A stretch of DNA of 64,000 bases from Massalongia carnosa (taxonomy: Eukaryota): the NCBI GenBank assembly GCA_965645245.1, contig OZ287085.1:992001-1056000 (forward strand). Direction: 5' to 3'. Each line of letters begins with the position of its first letter. The stretch's first letter is position 1. The position numbers and the translations under genes are program-made. Below the pieces are notes generated by a model. It had not been told where the DNA came from, did not search any database, and saw only the letters and a program-made list of their open reading frames with translations. Of this stretch, positions 59,150 through 64,000 are shown piece by piece.

Positions 59150-61413
59150 CATTAGAACCGGCGACGAATTGAAGACCGCGTTCAGATGCAGATACGGTTA
59201 CTTCTAATATTTATTAATGTCGTTTGAGTTAGCGAATGCATCTGTCACGTTTCAGGCGCATATTCACGAAGCTCTAAGGGAGTATTTGGGCGTATTCGTA
59301 GTAGTGTATCTGGACGATATTTTGATGTTTTCTAAAAAAAATCGAAGAGCATGCGGATCACGTTCGAATGATACTCGAGAAGCTTCGGAAATATAATCTG
59401 CATGTCAATCTCTTCAAATGCCTTTTCGATAAGTTCGAGATTGAATTCTTAGGATTTATTTTGACTCCGACGAGCATAAGAATGAACTCCTCTCGCATAA
59501 CGACGATAATAAACTGGCGAGAATTCAAAAATCATAGAGACGTACAAGTCTTCTTGGGTTTTGCGAACTTCTATAGACGATTTATAGACGAGTTTTCGCG
59601 GATAGTAATTGCCCTTACTATCCTTCTCAAAGGAGTGATAAGAGGTAAATTCGACGGCCAATATACGTTCACAAAGGAAGCCAAGGAATCCTTCGAAAAA
59701 TTGAAATTTGTTTTCACGACTGCTCTCATGCTATTGCACTTCAACCCGAAGAGGAAAATCTAATTAGAAACGGACGCATCAGGAGTCGCGATTTCTGCAA
59801 TTATATCACAATTAGTCGAGGAAACCGGACGCTGGCATTCTATCGCCTTTTGGTCAAGGAAAATGGCCCCAGCTGAACTCAATTATGGAGTGGGCGAAAC
59901 TGAGATGTTAGCGATCGTCGAAGCATGCAAGCAATGGCGACACTATCTTGAAGGGGCAATGCATCCCATTCGTGTGATCACTGATCACTGCAACCTTCGT
60001 ACGTTTCTCACCACTTAGAGTTTATCGCGAAGAGGAGCGAGGTGGTGAAAGAGACTCTCTAGTCTCAACCTGGTAATTGACGACCAGGGCGCTATAATCC
60101 TGCGGAGGGGCCATCAAGGCGTCCAGACTATGCTGAAAATGAACCCAACTTGTCCTATCAAGTCGGTGCAGTAGTTTCCAGAGAAGCAGGCAGGTCGCTG
60201 GGCATTCGACAAGGGACAGAGAAACTCGAAGAAAAGTTCGAGACGAAGAAGTGAGTGATTGCGTCGATAATCGGCATTCCTGTAACTGCTTTTAGGAGAA
60301 ATGTTATGAAATGGGTGTGACGAAGCGAAATAATGAATAGCTTTCTACCATTGCGCCACCTGTCCTCCCGACCAAAAGGCACAATACTTAGTCCGCAGAC
60401 CAAGTTCTATTCTACTATAACTGGGACTCCTGTTATGTTCGCTGTAGGTGCTGCCGTCGGCACCACGCATGGTCGAACCGTCACAATGGGAGCCTACTGT
60501 TGATAGCACAATTGTGCACGAATTCATAGAACCTGAATCTGTTAACGGAACTGATGATGAATCAGGGAACTCTTTCGTTGATGAGATAGAAAATGATTCA
60601 AGCGCGCGTTTCTTGCTGACTACTGAAGGAACTGAGAATGAAACTCTCGAGATTCTTGAAGCAGTAAGAAGAATTAAAAAAAAAAAAAGTCTTCATCTAA
60701 ACTAAACGAGGGAAAGGCCAATTCGAAGCCTACAGAGTTTCAACTCGTGAAGGCATTCGAGAAGAAGTCTCAAATTTCTCTAAAACAATTAATGAAAGTT
60801 TCAGAGAAGGACTCAGCCTTTACTACTTCACCGCTCGAGTTACGCATCGTTTTTCTGACACTGCAAGAGTCTGATCAACTCGCGCAGCAGAGACGGCATC
60901 TTGTCGTCTCGTCGGCACAAGTGGGAGCAACATAAGAGAAATAGCTTGTATGAAACGCTGAAGATCAACAAATATGTTCAAAGTCACTCGCAGTTCAATA
61001 TCCTGACATTCGAAGAAGAATCGCGGGGAGATAATAAGAAAAAAGAAAACCTTTGACACATAGAAGACGGCCTTTTATGCAGAGACAATAAATGATACGT
61101 ATCTTCAGGCATATTGAGAGAAGCGCTACTGCGATAGAATCATGACGACTCTAATGCGGGTCACTTTAGAATTAGGCGGACAGTGAAATTAATTCAAATA
61201 AAATACTACTGAACCCCTCTAGCTGCGGCATATTTGAAGCCTGTAACTCTTGTCATGCGAGCTCTTCACTTCTCATAAGGAGTCAACCTCCACTCGAAGC
61301 TGGTGACTGCGCAAGAAAAACATTGTTTTGAAAGACGTCAAAATGTCAGTTGATAATTTCATGTTCCTGAATAATGTCCTAGAATGATGTTTACTAGTAG
61401 TTCCGCCATTTCT

Positions 61414-62670
61414 CTACACAGAGTCTTTTGGGTTAATGTCATGATAATTATTCTTTATGCTCTATCAGCTTGTACATCGCTATCGAAAGGATAGGTGATC
61501 TTTACAATGATATTACTTCCAGTTATCCTAACCCCGTCTATGGCCGTACTGTTTGCATGACCCATAAGCACACCTCGATTGTTATCGATTTTGTCCCTGA
61601 ATTTAATATCGCCCATACGAACCGAATGATTCTGTTGGGTTTCAGCTGATTTCAAGCGCGCGAAAGAGATGTCAGACCTGGCGATCCTCTTCAGATCCCT
61701 TGGATCGATTATCAAGATCCGATATCCATTGAGCCAACTTTTGTGAAATTCTCTTGTATCCCTCTCGATCTTCATCCTCAAACTTGCACATATCAACATG
61801 GTTCGCCTGGATTGACTGTGGATCGATACCAGGCAGGCAAGCCGATTCCTTGAGCACAATAAATCCCATCTTCGTCCCTCCCTTATACATAGCATACTGT
61901 TCAAAGAAACAAGATACTTCCACAAACTCTCTTGATTTAGAACGATCCCGTGCTTTCAGAAATTTCTGGAAAGCTTCGTTAACGCTGATGAGCTTTGCCG
62001 AACGCTCTTCAAGATCCTTTATATCCTGCTTATGCGTGGTGCTTATCCAGCCCAGTATCTGTAGAGCCCTGCTTCCCCATTTTGCTTTTGACGATCCTTC
62101 AAAGGGCGTTCCTAGGAAGACGACTCCAATCGTTCTCTCAACGAGGGTAGTGCTAGATATGTCAGTACCGTTGTGCCTTGACAGCGCATTGGCGCACACG
62201 AGACCCCTTAGGCTGTGCGAGACGAAAATAATCGGCCGTTCAGCCTGGACATAGACATCCTATTAGCATATTTCTGGTGGAAAGGTAGGGGTGCACCAAT
62301 TCTTATAGTTTTGGTTTTCTCGCGGAGACCGATTAGGCCCTGGAACATTGCAGCCGCGTGATCATCAATAGTCAAATGCTCCGGGATGAATTTCGGTCCA
62401 ACAAACGGATAGAAGTGAGCAAAGTCCGCATTGTACCCAAAAGAAGGATGCGAGCTGTTGGGGCTTGAGATAAGAGATCTTGCGGCCACAACAGCGATTT
62501 ATCTAGACCCTCCCATGTCCAAGTTTTCACTGTCGCCGAACCCGTGGACGAAGACAATACTGTTTGGTCAGTACAAAGCAACCCGGACAAGAAATGACAT
62601 CTGGTCCGTACTCTATATTCGCCTCTGGAGAATCAAAGAGGGGGTCGCCTAATCCATACGGTTCGGCCAT
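61414..62670 (-). pseudogene. Second SesB-like hydrolase copy, inactivated
   Basis: A 5-nt loss after VHG gives an early TAA, there are further indels near 62445-62460, and the intron-2 donor GT is changed to AT. Confidence 0.8.
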
Positions 62671-63012
62671 GCTGGCGTTGTCGTCGCAATACTACAGAGG
62701 AGTCGTGCTTCAAATTTAGCACTATAACTTATGCGAGATAATCGTGATACCGCCTGCATGGAGAGACCAGGCGCTTCAGCACGTGCATAGCCTTGGCTCT
62801 ATCTGCCATCTATCCCGCATGATGGCGGGGTGCCCTCCATCGGCGAGTCCGTACCTATATTTATACTTAGAGATGAACAGTGCCTTTGGGAAGTCTAGGG
62901 CGTTGACTTTCTGACCGAACCTATGTGCGGTCTGAGCACGGTAAAGATAAGAGTTTTCAGTCTTATTCAATATAGCCTATAGCTCTAATGTCTACAATCT
63001 TCTGACACTGCA

Positions 63013-64000
63013 ATGGCCGGCAACACGCTAGCAGTCTCTACAGGCGCGAAGGATTTTGGCACCATTTCTGGCAACCAAGGCGCTGTGGTCGGTGACGTCT
63101 CAGGCCATGCGAAAGTGATTGGTCTGGGTCCTGTTCACATCGATATTGATCTTATGCTAAATCCTGATCAGGATCTCAGATATACAGTATTGTTCAATAT
63201 CCAGGCAAGTCGGCATTCGCAATGATATAGCGTTCTGTGAGCCAAGGCTGATAGCATTCTGCGTTTGTAGAAAGACCCGATACCCCACCAAGCCCATCAT
63301 CTACTGTTCCTTTCCGCCGCGACTCTGATTTCGTCGATCGCGGAAAGCTACTTGATCAGATCCACGAAAAGTGCTCCGCGCCAGCGTCAAGGGTAGCGCT
63401 TGTCGGCCTAGGCGGCGTTGGGTAAGCCAAAGGGCCTCAGGCTAGTTCTAATAGCTTACTTTCGCAAAGAAAGTCGCAGCTCGCCATCGAATACTGCTAT
63501 CGAATCAGAGAGCAGTTACCGGCGACGTGGGTTTTCTGGATACACGCCAGCAACGCAGCCCGTATCGAGCAAGGTTATAGAGAGATTGCAGAGCGAGTCA
63601 AGATTCCTGGCAGGGGGGACCCAAAGGCGGACATATTCCGGCTAGTTGACAAGTGGTTACGTGACGAGAAGAACGGAAAGTGGGCTCTGGTCCTCGACAA
63701 TGCCGACGAAGCTACTGTGCTTTTCGAAACTTGTGTTACGGGCCAGAAGACGCAGGCCAGCGGCTCTAGCGGCGGATCCATGCAATCACAGTTAGCATAT
63801 CTACCTCAGAGCCGAAACGGCTCGATTCTCATCACCTGCCGGACCAAAAGCGTGGCATTGCAGCTAGCGGAAGCAAATGACATAATACCGATTGAGCCGA
63901 TGAATCATACACATGCGCTAACGCTTCTTGAAAAGAAGCTGGGAGAACAGACCGATAGAGAAGATACTTCTGAGCTAGCAGTAGCACTTGAATTTATGCC
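63013..64000 (+). CDS. Second NB-ARC NLR copy (5' part, continues beyond window)
   Basis: Same exon structure including the GC-AG intron. N-terminus MAGNTLAVSTGAKDFGTISGNQGAVVGDVSGHAKVIGSQIYS, P-loop GLGGVGKSQLA, frame open to 64000. Confidence 0.85.

Larger units (their letters stand above)
45335..61215 (+). mobile_element. Decayed Ty3/Gypsy pol (Gypsy-C) split by five nested insertions
   Basis: Pieces homologous to Gypsy-1: protease MIDCGSTWNF (45356), RT start to 46539, 52852-52905, 57789-57836, 58099-58119, then RT/RNase H/integrase start at 59150-61215 with many stops. Confidence 0.85.
61220..64000 (+). repeat. Direct segmental duplicate of 20808 to about 23545 (effector-NLR cassette)
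   Basis: Homology starts at TAGCTGCGGCATATTTG (20808 / 61220) and continues through introns and intergenic DNA to the window end. Confidence 0.95.

Overview
Fungal DNA, most likely Pezizomycotina judging by the short GT-AG introns with CTRAY-like branch points and the gene families present. About three quarters of the window is transposon, much of it nested: three Ty1/Copia, two Ty3/Gypsy, two tyrosine-recombinase retroelements, an intact Tad-type LINE, a MULE, a pogo/Fot1, a MITE and several solo LTRs. Embedded in this is a two-gene immune-type cassette that the ORF track misses because it is spliced. A SesB-like alpha/beta-hydrolase (20994-22259, -) lies head-to-head with an NB-ARC/TPR NLR (22559-25161, +). 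After manual splicing, the hydrolase C-terminus (FRGNIDNNRGVIMG...RITGSNISN) and the NLR N-terminus (FGTISGNQGAVVG...KVIGSQIYN) share a G/N/V/I-rich motif. This is the layout of fungal NLR amyloid signalling, and the motif looks like a variant of PP/RHIM lacking the central Gln. The cassette is duplicated about 40 kb downstream (61220 to the window end), where the effector is broken but the visible part of the NLR is intact. Gene models and TE boundaries were derived by eye, with no database searches, so novelty claims are untested.
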